DNA from: Owenia fusiformis
Lineage: Eukaryota
Direction: 5' to 3'
Length of the DNA stretch: 64,000 bases
Assembly (NCBI GenBank): GCA_903813345.2
Contig: CAIIXF020000001.1
Span: forward strand, 36,828,001 to 36,892,000
Part shown: positions 1 through 12,711 of the stretch, piece after piece
Numbering within the stretch: position 1 is the stretch's first letter
Layout: every line of letters begins with the position of its first letter
Made by a program: the position numbers and the translations under genes
Notes under the pieces: generated by a model
Told to the model about the DNA's origin: nothing
Database searches by the model: none
The model's input: the letters and a program-made list of their open reading frames with translations, nothing else

Positions 1-45
1 ATCCCAAAGTTGAGGATTTCAATTTTTGTGTCACCCTGTATTTAC

Positions 46-130
46 CTGTGCATAACTGCAATAACAGTCAGAGTTATCAGAATTCCAAGAAGCAATGCAA
101 CAACTCCAGTTACTATGGTAATTATATACC
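46..130 (-). CDS. Mucin gene transmembrane exon
   Basis: Acceptor TTTTCAG, donor CACAG|GTAAAT; hydrophobic WYIITIVTGVVALLLGILITLTVIAVMH. Confidence 0.8.
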
Positions 131-2464
131 CTGAAAAGCATAAACATGTACATGTATCTGATTGATTGGTTGTTCAAATATTACATAAAACATAGTAAAT
201 GAACAATATTTTCTGTCAGTAGCATTTTTTGGCAACATTACACTCTTCCCTATTACACAATGTAAGGTTGATTTTACACTTACATGTAAATTGTTCTTGA
301 GGATTAGATGTGTTTTGTGTGGTTCTATAGTTAACCATGGTTGTATCTTCAGCCACAGTATCCACGGTATCAGGAGCATATGTGGTTGTTTCACTTATGG
401 CAGTGGTTGGTCCTGTAGTTTGGTCTGTTGTTTTCCTAGCTGTAGTTGGTATTTCGAATGTTGTCCTCTCTGAATATTCTATTCCATTAGTAGCAGTTGT
501 TTCAGGAGCACATGTGGTTGTTTCATGTATGGCAGTGGTTGGTTCTGTAGTTTGGTCTGTTGTTTTCCTAGCTGTAGTTGGTATTTCGAATGTTGTCCTC
601 TCTGAATATTCTATTCCATTAGTAGCAGTTGTTTCAGGAGCACATGTGGTTGTTTCATGTATGGCAGTGGTTGGTCCTGTAGTTTGGTCTGTTGTTTTCC
701 TAGCTGTAGTTGGTATTTCGAATGTTGTCCTCTCTGAATATTCCATTCCATTAGTAGCAGTTGTTTCAGGAGCATATGTGGTTGTTTTATGTATGGCAGT
801 GGTTGGTCCTGTAGTTTGGTCTGTTGTTTTCCTAGCTGTAGTTGGTATTTCGAATGTTGTCCTCTCTGAATATTCTATTCCATTAGTAGCAGTTGTTTCA
901 GGAGCACATGTGGTTGTTTCATGTATGGCAGTGGTTGGTTCTGTAGTTTGGTCTGTTGTTTTCCTAGCTGTAGTTGGTATTTCGAATGTTGTCCTCTCTG
1001 AATATTCTATTCCATTAGTAGCAGTTGTTTCAGGAGCACATGTGGTTGTTTCATGTATGGCAGTGGTTGGTCCTGTAGTTTGGTCTGTTGTTTTCCTAGC
1101 TGTAGTTGGTATTTCGAATGTTGTCCTCTGAATATTCTATTCCATTAGTAGCAGTTGTTTCAGGAGCACATGTGGTTGTTTCATGTATGGCAGTGGTTGG
1201 TTCTGTAGTTTGGTCGGTTGTAGTCCCCTCTGTAGGAAAATATCCCATTCAGTATTTTGTTTTAGATATACGTACTGTACCAAGGGCAACTGTTATGCTA
1301 AATTAAACATCATCTTGATAATAATGTAAATTGAGTATCTCCCTGGCTTAATATTCAATAATTTGATATAATATTTGTTTATATTTCATTAATATTTAAA
1401 TCTATTACCCATGGCAATTAAAGATGACACACATCCTAGTAGTCACCAGCAATTTAGAATAAGAATCACCAAAATCTCATTTATAACTTATTATATTAAC
1501 TTACTATTTCTAATGATAATACATGTATTTGTAATAGATTACCTGATTCTGTTGTGGTTGTAGCTATAGATGAAATCATATCTGTGTAATTGCTGGGTTG
1601 AAAACACCATGGTACACCATATACTTTTGTATCAAAGCAGCAGTAACTGTTCAAACATTCTTCTTCTGCTATTCCTGGGGGACCACAATTCAAACGATTT
1701 GTACCATCGACCAGACAGATAGAAAGATTGGTAAATATACCTTGTGCTTCAGTTCTAGCATCATAGTTTGGTTGGTTAGTTGTATTTTCTGTATGAATCC
1801 TGGAACATTATATGGTCTATAGTAGTCCAAGAGAATATTTAATTTAGCATTCGAGATGATACAAGTATAGATGTAAGTAACATTGATCAAATTATAAAAA
1901 TTTTGAACAAATTAAAATAACTGTACAAAAGAGTTAAGTTGTATTTTGGACTACATTTTGGAGTTGTCAAATGTACAGTATGGTCCAAAAGATTTAAATT
2001 TCAATATAACATACCCATCTGCAGATTGTGATGTGACATCATTCTGAATAATATAGTTAAGTAGCATGTACATACCTTATACCATGCTCCGTTGTTACCT
2101 CATTGAGAACAAATACGAGACAAACTGAAAAATTGGATAAACAAATTGCTATATTTGTTTTAGATTACATCTAGTTTCTAATTTATGCTGTGAAATATTG
2201 TCAAAGCAACCATTGTATGTGACCAGTGTTCTGCTTCATCACTTGGTGATAGTGTCCATTTCAATTTTGTTCAACTTTTTTATGTAGTATTTTGTAATGT
2301 TAATGCCTTCACCTATTTTTTGTGACTGCTAAGATCTAAAACTAAGGTATGTTCATGTATCCAAATTACAATTCCCTGGAAAAAGAATTGGAATAATTAT
2401 CAGTTTATTGAGTTTTTAACTTACCCTGGATTATGTTTGTCCAAGTTAACAAAGCTGACGCCAT
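46..2464 (-). CDS. Type-I membrane mucin-like protein (signal peptide, trefoil/P-type domain, 44-aa Thr-rich tandem repeats, TM helix); 3' end lies beyond the left edge; frameshifted in this sequence
   Basis: GT-AG exons with matching phases: 2425-2464, 2099-2124, 2015-2043, 1543-1799, 284-1229, 46-130. Translation MASALLTWTNIIQVCLVFVLNENDVTSQSADGIHTENTT...CLVDGTNRLNCGPPGIAEEECLNSYCCFDTKVYGVPWCF...(repeats)...WYIITIVTGVVALLLGILITLTVIAVMH. Exon 284-1229 is 946 nt but needs a multiple of 3; 2 nt are missing near 1128. Confidence 0.8.
284..1229 (-). CDS. Mucin gene Thr-rich tandem-repeat exon
   Basis: Acceptor TTTTCCTACAG, donor ACAT|GTAAGT; unit NGIEYSERTTFEIPTTARKTTDQTT(G/E)PTTAIHETTT(C/Y)APETTAT. 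Confidence 0.85.
372..1215. repeat. 132-bp coding tandem repeat, ~6.4 near-identical copies
   Basis: Motif TGAATATTC at 471, 603, 735, 867, 999 (period 132) and 1129 (130). Confidence 0.95.
1543..1799 (-). CDS. Mucin gene trefoil (P-type) domain exon
   Basis: Six Cys in trefoil spacing with R-x-N-C-G, CCFD and PWCF motifs; acceptor TTCCAG, donor TCAG|GTAATC. Confidence 0.9.
2425..2464 (-). CDS. Mucin gene first coding exon (start of signal peptide, MASALLTWTNIIQ)
   Basis: ATG at 2462-2464; donor CAGG|GTAAGT; phase 1 fits exon 2099-2124 (VCLVFVLNE). Confidence 0.6.
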
Positions 2465-2645
2465 CACTCTAGTTGTACCAGATATATAACAAAATCTATG
2501 TCGATCATGGGACAATTTTGAAATTTGAAGAGGTCTTACTTAATAACCAACATTTAAATTTACAGTAGACATGGTGACAAGTGGGTTAAAATACTTGGGA
2601 AGTCATCAATATTTTAAGACTTAGTTTGTGTAGAGACATCGAGAT

Positions 2646-4265
2646 TTTTTTTTTTTTTTTTATAATAAATTTATTTCTGATTTCATATACATATCCATAC
2701 AAAATAGTGCATATAAAACATTACAGAAATATACATGGTATAAAAGGATATAGGATTCAGAGATAAACATTTATTTGAGGATTGATGAAAGCCATTTAAC
2801 AAAAGGAAGTTCACTATCAATCCTTAAAAATATATGTTTATAATATAAAATAGTTCTACATATCACTAAGTTTAGATCAATATTTTTCCATTTTTCAATT
2901 TCTTCTGACAATTCACACCACTTGGTGTAAATTGCTAAACAGATTATTGTAATAAGAATGTTTCTGAAGTGGGTTATGTTGTTTCCTAAAGGCCAACCAA
3001 TGATTAAATGTTTATATTTGATATGACATTTTAGAATCTGACTAAATTTTTCCCATATTGGGGTGACCTTTTTACATTCAAAAAGCAAATGTTTTGAAGT
3101 ATGTCTGCATTTACAAATGCAGCAAGAACTTTGAATATTACTGTTCCACTTCGAAATCATATCTCCACAAGCAAGTAAATTGTTTAAAATCTTATAATTA
3201 AATTCTGCAAAGTATCTATAGTTAAGATTTATAGTTTTTTGAAGGTAAATATTGTTCCAGATTTTCTTATCTTGAATATTAAATTCTTTGTTCCATTTAA
3301 ACTCATTTATGTTTTTTTCAGATTTGAAGTTAATTAATTCATTGTAAAAGAATTTTGCTTTCTTATCAATTAAATCAACATATCTGTTTCCGATAAAGAA
3401 TGTCTTTCTGTTTTTAAAAGTATTTAGGTATTTGAGTTTTGTTTTGTCAAAATTTTTACACAAAGACATTATTACTTTTTAATTACACTCAACTCAGAGA
3501 TCCAGTTTCTCTTCTTTTTAAGTGATTCAAGAAAAATATCTGAACTTTTAAAATTGCCATCATTCTCAAAAAAATCTTTGATTATGATAAAACCGGATTC
3601 AATCCAATTTTTGAAGTATAAGATATCATTTTTTATTAGATATCTTTTATTTAACCATAATATTTCATTAAAAACATCAGATTTGTTTATTTCCTTAATA
3701 TTTGAAAAGGTTTTGCATTCATTGAAGCTGCAAAACACATCCTCGTAAAATGTGGTAAATAGATTAAGTTTCTGTATCTGCTTTTTATCAAAATTACTGT
3801 GTAAAAATGTTATCAAGCTCAGTCCTGTTTTTTCTATAAGATATTTTGGGAAATGTTGCCAGGATGTTTCACTTGTGATAATTCTATTTACCCACGTTGC
3901 CTTTAAACTTTTAATTTTCGAATCTGTATCTACAAGATTTAGACCACCATCCTTAAGTTTTCCGATCACAGTCTTCCTTTTAATTTTGTCTTGGCCATTC
4001 CATAAGAAATTAAAAATTAGTTTATCAATTTGCTTAATGATTTCATCATTTACTTCCAGGCAACTAAAATTGAAAACGAACTTAGAAATTGCTAGTGAAT
4101 TTATGACTTGTACCTTCCCATATAATGTTAGTTTTCTCAATTTCCATATTTGGAGTTGTTTTTTTAAATTAATTAATTTAGAATCCCAATTAAGACTATG
4201 GCATGACTGTTTATCCCCACCAATGAAAATTCCTAAGACTTTTATTGGATTTTTTGAAAATGTTA
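2646..4265 (-). mobile_element. 5'-truncated Tx1/L1-clade non-LTR retrotransposon (ORF2 C-terminus) with poly(A) tail and 15-bp TSD
   Basis: TSD TAGAGACATCGAGAT at 2631-2645 and 4266-4280; poly(T) on + at 2646-2661; AATAAA on minus. Peptide IKVLGIFIG...NWDSK...WKLRKLTLYGKVQVINSLAISK...GGLNLVD and a CCHC-type knuckle CCICKCRHTSKHLLFEC. One frameshift in the A-run near 3475. Confidence 0.9.
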
Positions 4266-7200
4266 TAGAGACATCGAGATGTTATGTAAATAATCTCAAG
4301 TCGAGATGCCACAATTGTTATTGAAATATTTATCATATTCTACATGTGTATAAGAAGAATTAGATCTTAAAATGTATGTTACAAAAAATCATGAAAATCC
4401 TATATTGAACAGATGTTTTATTAAGTTGGGGGGGGGGGGGGGGGGGTTGGTACTTAGTAGGAGTTCCAAAAATAAAGATCTGTAACTTTTTTTCTCGAGG
4501 CCCTATATTATTTGAATAAAAGCCTGAAAGTACAACATAAACTGAATGATATATCATATACGTCATACTTTAGTTAAATGTTTCTAAACAGACAAAGAAC
4601 TATTGACAACTTCCCTTTAAGTTGAAATTGTCAAGATGCTTTTGTAAATAATTTGTTGTTGGATGTCTCTTAGGAACATGATGGAGTACATGAAAGTGAT
4701 TTATACAGTGAAGGTATGTAACAAAATAAGTGGCAGTGAGTCATTAAGTTGTATATAGTTTTGTTTTTAGATTGCTGCATTGTCCACTTATATCTCATTA
4801 GTGGTCGCTATAGTATACAACATATGCATGCATGTACCAAAATCCAAAAGTTGCATGAAATTTTTTGCTTGCACAGAGCGACTTTTTTAACTTTGTGTTC
4901 AGTGTGCCAAGCAGCACAGTTTTAATTTATCTGAAAATTGAGGGTTGGACAGATGACTGGGCAGACAAGTTGGCGCCATACGCTCACCATGTGAGCCAAT
5001 AAATATAAGATATCATATAGCAAAAGCTGAATGCTGTTTACAAAACAATGGCTATTTGGTAGGGACAATCAATATTAATTCTGAGAGGTCTTCAAAACAG
5101 ACTCTTTCTCATTGTGTTACCCTGACATCTTTTTAATACAAAATAAGGCAGATTCACAAATTATTGGAATTCCACTTCATAACAGTATCACTTCATAGTA
5201 GTATCAAATTAGTACTATTACAGCCATTTAAGTCAATTGGTTATAACATGTAGAATTTCATTGAGGTATTTTCACTCATGGATGGCCAGCCTTGATTTGA
5301 AGGTCACATATCTGATATATAGCTTGCATCAATGAAGGTTTTATTTGATGAACTAACTGTTTTATTACCACACTACCAATATATTACAATGTCCCCTAAA
5401 GTGTGCTCTACTCCATTTGATGTTTTTGCAGATTAATTGAAGAGTCAACAATAGACAATCTTGAGTTGGCACATGAAAACAGCAAAACATAATAACATAC
5501 ATATTGTTTATCATCATCACATTTATTAACTGCATGTTCTCTTCATTTACTGTACACATTAACACTAGTATACATTTTTACACTCAACTCCAATTTTACA
5601 AAGTTAATGGGACCATTCTTCCAAGATCCCTAACATGCCCTTTTAAGATTAATAGTGTGGGAGCAAAAGTCCAAATATGAGGTTCCGTGTCCTTTTTAGA
5701 GGCGAGCTAAGCGACACATGTTTTTATGAACTATACGTGATACTGATCAAGAAAAATGATGTTGGCAATTCTGAATCCGCGACGGCGTTGCTATGGTAAC
5801 CAAGTGAATATGCCACGCCCACTTTTAGGGGCTCTTTTCAGTGTATGGCACCTATCTCTGTCATTATTGCTCAGATTTAGATGAAATTCACACCAAATGG
5901 AAGATAATGGATAATGCAATCAGGAAATATTAAGTGGGCGATTCTGAATCCGATATGGCGTTGCTATGGTAACAAAGTGAATATCCCATACCCACTTTTA
6001 GGGGCTCTTTTCAGTGTTTGGTCCCTATCTTCGTCAATATTGCTCAGATTAAGGTGAAATTTGTACCAAATGAAAGGTAATGGAAAGAGCAATCAGAAAA
6101 TTTAAGAGATATGCAAATTAGGTGATTTGCATATTAATTATGACGTCATAACCATTTGTTCTTGCACATTTTATTTTAATCATGATGTATAAATCTGGGA
6201 AATTATTGTCGTTTAAATGGTCAGTAATGCTTTTAAGTAGTTAATTAGTTTATCTATTTTCATTGAGCTTATTAGTTTATTTCATTCATACATGTATGGT
6301 CATAAAAATTTGAAAGAATGTAATGAATATATCCAATTCAACTTGTTGCTATGGTAACAGTATGTTGCAAAACTATCTGCTGTAAAAAAATTATTTGGGA
6401 AATGTTACATTTTGACCAGTTGACTGACATGTATTCCTTCTAAAATTTGATGGCAGAGAATAACCTAATAACGATAGAAACTTATCTGATTTAAATTGTG
6501 TTATATTATGATGTCATAATGGCAATTATTAATCAGGGGCGCGCCAGCTTTCAATCAGGGGGGTGTGATCTCGGCATAAGCAACTCAAAAAATGTTTAAT
6601 GTATCTTAAATCTTACAAAAATTCCTTCAAAATTGAGCTTGAAGCTTCAAGTCAAAAGCGTTTTAAATCTCTTCTCTGTAATGGTTCTTTTTTATTGGTT
6701 AATGGGAGGGGGACTGGGGTGACCCCATCACACACCCTGGCTATGCCTATGTTAGCTATGGTATTCAGGTGAATATGCCGTCCCAAATTTCAGGTCTTTT
6801 CCAAAGTTTTGATTTTATCAGTTGTCATGATGATAGCTCTGGTGTATATGACATTTTCATCAAATGGAAACTAAAGAATCAGACAATGCATTTGGAATGT
6901 AGATTGACAGACTGGCATACCTGTTATGGTATGACTATACTATACTATCTATACTATATCTAGACTATACTACTCTACTATCATAGCTGTTATCGTGATT
7001 ATTTTCTTGAAATAAGGTAAAATTGCTCAAGATGATTCCAAAATGGTACCTTGTCCTTTGACATTCACAATAAAAGTAGGTCAAAGCTGAAAACTATGAT
7101 TGATTTTAATTCTATTTCTTTACATGTATAAGGTATGATCAATAAATATTATGGGCAATTCTGAATCTGCGATGCTGTTGCTATGGTAACCAAGTAAATA

Positions 7201-7789
7201 TGCCATGCCCATTTTTAGGGGCTCTTTTCAGTGTTTGGCCCCCATCTCCACCATTATTGCTCAGATTTTGAGGAAATTCTGACCAAATTGAAGGTAATAG
7301 AAAATGCAATCAGGAATTCCCCCATTGTTGCGGTGCTTCAACTTGTACTTTTGAACATCGGCGCTAAGAGAATATAGTCCACAACATGTGTTCCAGGCAG
7401 GTCCTCAAAACTGTCAACATACATTTTTATTTTGTTGTAACTTTCTTCTCATATATTTTTCATATATCTCTGGTAAAAAATGAAAAAGTTACATTAAGTT
7501 TAAAACAAGTGATTGACTCGGGATGAATTTTGCGTCAAAAATCAGTGGATTGATCATCATAGATTAATACGCGATTTGGCACGAAAGAACAATTGAAATG
7601 ATGTCGTGGAATTCCCAAGGATGGCGTTGCTATGGTAACATCCACTTTTAGGGGCTCTTTTCAATGTTTCGCCCTTATCTTCTTTATTATTGCTCAGATT
7701 TAGATGAAATTTGCACCAAAGTAAAGGTAACTAGATTGGTAAATTGAACAGAGTTCAATTTAAGACTCCAGATTGATTTACTTGAGTAA

Positions 7790-8025
7790 AGAGCTGAGTA
7801 GGAAGCTGAGTACGTAGATGAGTAGGTAGCTGAGTAAGTAGCTGAGCATGTAGCTGAGTAAGTAGCTGAGTAGGTAGCTGAGTAAGCAATTGAGTAAGTA
7901 GCTGAGTAGGTAGCTGAGTAAGCAGCTGAGTAGGTAGCTGCGTAAGTAGCTGAGTAAGTAGCTAAGTAAGTAATAACTGATTAAGTAATTGAGTAATTAG
8001 TAATCAAATAAGTAGCTGAGTAGGT
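7790..8025. repeat. 12-bp minisatellite (GCTGAGTAAGTA)n inside HINE A; second array at ~9700-9905 inside HINE B
   Basis: Tandem units are directly visible. Confidence 0.9.
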
Positions 8026-9629
8026 AGGGAGGTAGAGTAGGGTATGTAGGAATTTTTGAAAGTAGATTTGATCAATATGCATCGTGAATACTGGCAAGTG
8101 GGAATTTCAAACTTTAAAATGGCATAGAATCTTGACTGGGGGTTGGATTGCAATTTTAATTTCAGATCCGGATTCCCGAGAAAATTCTACCCTTAATTCA
8201 TAACTCATACGTTCAATTTGGAGAACTTTATATTTTGACCTACTTTTCGGACACCATATCTCAAAAGTGGGTCAAAATACTTTCTGACTGCAAAAGGCTC
8301 TCACTATTAGCACACTCTTTGCTACCTGTATACAAAATTTTGAAGGAAATCCTAAAAGTGTAGTGCCAGAATCTCAAAAATAAGGAAAAACTACGAATTT
8401 GACCTAGATTTTGACCTAGGCATTTTGGTGTCCAAATATTGAAACTAGGTAGCTTTTGAGGTCCTCTTCTTTTATAGGAATTCATTATCTTAAGCTGTAC
8501 TCAATCTATATCTCGTATTTTACACTTCAAAAAAATCTTTTTTCCTTGACTTTCTATCAGGATACCATCAGATCGATTTTCCGAAATTTCAAAACGCCAT
8601 AACTTCCGAACCGGAAGTCGGATCGAAATTTGATTTAAAGATTCGGATTCCTTACAAAATTCTACCCCTAATTCATAACTCATACATTAATTTTGGCGAA
8701 TTTTTATTTTGACCTACTTTTCGGACACGCCATAACTTTCGAACCGGACGTCGGATCGAAATTTGGTTTGCAGATTCGGATTCCTGAGAAAATTCTACTC
8801 TTAATTCATAACTCATATGTTAAATTTGGAGAATTTTTTATTTTGACCTACTTTTCGGACACCATATCTCAAAAGTGGGTCAAAATACTCTCTGACGGCA
8901 AAAGGCTAACACTATCACCACACTCTTTGCTACCTGTATACAAAATTTTGAAGCAAATCCTAAAAGTGTAGTGCCAGAATCGCAAAAATAAGGAAAAACT
9001 ATGAATTTGACCTAGATTTTGACCTAGGCATTTTGCTGTCCAAATTTTAAAGCTAGATAGCCTTCGAGGTCCCCTTCTTTTATAGGCTTTCATTATGTTA
9101 AGCTGTACTCAGTCTATATCTCGTATTTTACACTTCGAAGAAGTCTTTTTCCCCATTGACTTAACATGGGGCACCAAATTTAGCGATTTTGAGATTTCAA
9201 AACGCTATAACTTCCGAGGCGGAAGTCGGATCGATATTTTGTTTGCAGATTCGGATTCCTGAGATAATTCTACACTTATTTGATAATTCACACGTTGAAT
9301 TTGGAGAACTTTTTATGTTCTGACCTACTTTTCAGACGTCATTTCTCAAAATCGGTAAGAGTAATCAAAAAACGATTTGCCTTACGGAATTAGCTTTTTT
9401 TCTAAGGAACATGATGAAAAAAACCCGGAGCAAAAATACCGAAGGACGACTGAGAAAACTTGTAAAATAGTGAAAACCCACGATTTGACCTAGTTCTTGA
9501 CCTTTGACCTAGATAAACATTTGACCTAATTTTCCAGAAACTAGGTTTCATTACCTAGTTGACTATATTAGCAGATTTAAGTAGGTCCTTCTAGTTGCTG
9601 AGAAAAAGTGTTCGGAAAGAAAGAATAAT

Positions 9630-11573
9630 AACTAGATTTGTGAAATTGAACAAGTTCAATTTAAGACTCCAGATTTATTTTACCTAGATAGATCAGTAAA
9701 GAGCTGAGTAAGTAACTGAGTAATTAGCTGAGTAAGTACCTTAGTAGTAGTTGAGTAAGTAGCTGAGTAAGTAACTGGGTAAAAAGCTGAGTAGGTAGCT
9801 GAGTAAGTAGCTGAGTAAGTACCTGAGTTAGTAGCTGAGTGAGTAGCTAAGTAAGTAATAACTAATTAAGCAATTGAGTAAGTAGTCAAATAAGTAGCTG
9901 AGTAGGTAGGGAGGTAAAGTAGGGTATGTAGGAATTTTTGAAAGTTTATTTGATCAATCTGCATCGTGAATACTGGCAAGTGCGAATTTCAAACTTCAAA
10001 ATGGCTTAACTGGGGGTAGGATTGCAATTTTAATTTCAGATCCGGATTCCTTAGGAAATTATGCCCCTAATTCATAACTCATACGTTAAATTTGGAGAAC
10101 TTTTTATTTTGACCTACATTTCGATCACCAGATCTCAAAAGTGGGCCTAAAAACTTCTTGACGGCAAAAAGTTAACATTATAAGCACACTCTTTGCTACA
10201 TGTATACAAAATTTCAAAGAATATCATTGAAGTGTAGTGTCCGAATTGCAAAAATAAGAAAAAAATAAGAATTTGACCTAGATTTTGAACTAGGTATTTT
10301 GGTGTCCAAATTTTGAAGGAAAGTAGCTTTTGAGGTCCCCTTCTTTTATGGGCTTTCATTATGTTTAGCTGTACTCATTCTATATCTTGTATTTTTACAC
10401 TTCAAAAAATTATTCGGTCCCATTGATTTAACATGGGGCACCAAATTTAGCGATTTTTGAGCTTTCAAAACATCATAACTTCTGAACAAGATGTCGAATC
10501 GAAATTTGGTTTGCAGATTCGGATTCCTGATAAAATTCTACTCCTAATTCATAACTCATACGATAAATTTAGAATTTTTTTATTTTGACCTACTTTTTGG
10601 ACACGCCATAACTTCCGAACCGGAAGTCGGATCGAAATATGGTTTGCAGATTCGGATTCCTGACAAAATTCTACCCCTGATTCATAACTCATAAGTTAAT
10701 TTTAAGATTTTTTTATTTTGACCTACTTTTGGGACACCATATCTCAAAAGTGGGTCAAAATACTTCCTGACGGCAAAAGGCTAACACTATTAGCACACTC
10801 TTGGCTACATGTATACACGATTTCGAAGAATATAATTAAAGTGTAGTGTCAGAATCGCAAAAATAAGGAAAAACTTTGAATTTGACCTAGATTTTGACCT
10901 TGGCATTTTTGTGTCCAAATTTTTAAGCTAGATGGCTTTTGAGGTCCCCTTCTTTTAAAAGCTTCCATTATATTTAGCTGAACTCAGTCTATATTTCGTA
11001 TTTTTCACTTCAAAAAAATCTTTTTTCCCATTGACTTAACATGGGCACCAAATTTAGCGATTTTTGAGCTTTCAAAACGATATAACTTCCGAACCGGAAG
11101 TCGGATCGAAATTTGGTTTTCAGATTCGGAATCCTGAGAAAATTTCCTACAAGACCAGTAGCGTGGACATTGAATTGGGAGAACTTTTTTTTGGACCTCG
11201 TTTTCGGACACTGATATCTCGAAATCGGTTTGAGATATCAAAAAACTAAATCGACCTGTTTTCCCCTACTTTTTTATGAGGAACACAATGAAAAAAAACC
11301 GGATTGAAAATATTGAAGGACGACCGAGAAAATTGAAAAAAGTGACAAAGTACTGGATTTGACCTAGTTCTTGACCTTTGACCTAGATAAAAATTTGACC
11401 TAATTTCCCAGAAAGCCAGATACATTCCCTAGTTGATCATGTAAGCAGCTTAAAGTAAGCTCTTCTAGTTGGTGAGAAATCTGGGAAGGAGGAAGAATAA
11501 TAATAATAATAATAATAATAATAAAGAAAACTGGCAAAAGCAATAGACTCCAGATTTTCATCTGGAGTCTAAT
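9630..11573 (-). mobile_element. HINE-like element, inner copy B of the same family, nested in copy A
   Basis: Second complete pair of the same termini at 9630-9675 and 11545-11570, lying inside the (AAT)n tract of copy A. Confidence 0.75.
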
Positions 11574-12074
11574 AATAATAATAATAAGAAGAAAACCAGC
11601 AAAAGCAATAGACTCCAGATGAAATCTGGAGTCTAATAATAGGATAATTTGCAAATTGCAAATTTGCAAATTGATTATAACGTCATAACTGTTTGTTCTT
11701 GCATATTTTTATCTTAATTTTGATATATTAATCTGTGAAATTATTGTCTTAAAATAGTCAGTAATGCTTTTAACTAGACAATTAGTTTATTTCTTTTAGT
11801 TGAGTTTATAATTTTATTTCATTCAAACTTGTATGGTCATAAAAACTGAATAGATCTAAATATGTAATCTCCAGTTTATGCTGTTGCTATGGTTACAGCA
11901 CATAGCAAAACTATCTGATGTAAAAAGAATTCTTTAGGAAATTTTACATTTTGACTAGTTGACTGACACATGTATTCTTTTTAAAATATGATGACAGAAA
12001 ATAATCTTATAACTATAGAAAACTATTTAATTTAAATTATGTTATATTATGATGCCATAATGGCAATTATTAAT

Positions 12075-12309
12075 CAGGGGTGCAGCCAGCGTTCAGTCAG
12101 GAGAGGAGGGGGGGGGGGTTGCGATCGTGGCATAAGCAACCAAAAAATGTTTTTAAGATTTGTTTTGAATTTTACAAAAATTGATGCAACTCCCTTCAAA
12201 ATTGAGCTAGAAGCTTCAAGTCAAAATGATTTTAAAGCTCTTCTTCTATTTAATGGTTCTATTTTTTGTTTATGGGGGCGCACCCATCGCACCCCTGGCA
12301 ATGCCTATG
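12075..12309. mobile_element. ~235-bp MITE (CAGGGG...CCTATG) with 5-bp TSD; sister copies 6534-6751, 13987-14220, related 61569-61817
   Basis: TSD TTAAT at 12070-12074 and 12310-12314; imperfect TIRs CAGGGGTGCAGCCAG / CTGGCAATGCCTATG. Confidence 0.7.
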
Positions 12310-12711
12310 TTAATCCAATATGATGTTCCTATGGTAACTAGGTGAATATGCCATTCCCACTGTTCAGGGCTTTTCCAAAGTTTTGCTTCTATCTTTGTCA
12401 TGATTACAGCTTGAGAAATATTCACCAAATTGAAGCTAAAGATTCAGACAATGCATGGATTATGCCGATTGTCTGACTGGCATACCCATTGTCGTATTAA
12501 TAGCTGCTAATGGTTTTGAAATCCGAAAAATATGTTCAGTGTCAATTTACATAAAAGAAATAATATCATTTCATGGTATTGGTCAATACTTTAGCCTATT
12601 TCATCTTTTTAGGTCATGTAGACACAACTGTATCAATTTTGAACCGAATGGTCGGATGTCGGATTTCAAAACCAAAAGCATATCTGAAATCAGGGGCTTC
12701 CATACTTCATA

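Larger units (their letters stand above)
7730..11636 (-). mobile_element. Helentron-associated (HINE/DINE-1-like) non-autonomous element, outer copy A
   Basis: One end AGACTCCAGAT-GAA-ATCTGGAGTCT (11610-11634) next to (AAT/AAG)n. Other end has AACTAG, hairpin TAAATTGAAC-AGA-GTTCAATTTA and subTIR AGACTCCAGAT (7730-7773). Internal GCTGAGTAAGTA array and ~600-bp repeats. Confidence 0.75.

Noticed and set aside
372..1215. Regular repeats resembling a CRISPR array (also 20560-21210 and 21668-21906)
   Set aside because: They are contiguous tandem units with no unique spacers and no cas genes, in a eukaryotic context.
337..1306. Long Val-rich plus-strand ORFs (264 aa, 66 aa)
   Set aside because: They are antisense shadows of the Thr-rich mucin repeat; the splice sites and domains are all on the minus strand.
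3554..4324. Plus-strand ORFs over the LINE
   Set aside because: They are antisense to the recognisable ORF2 fragment.
8261..11249. Repeated short ORFs (e.g. MKAYKRRGP...)
   Set aside because: They are translations of HINE internal tandem repeats, with no protein motif and frames not conserved between copies.
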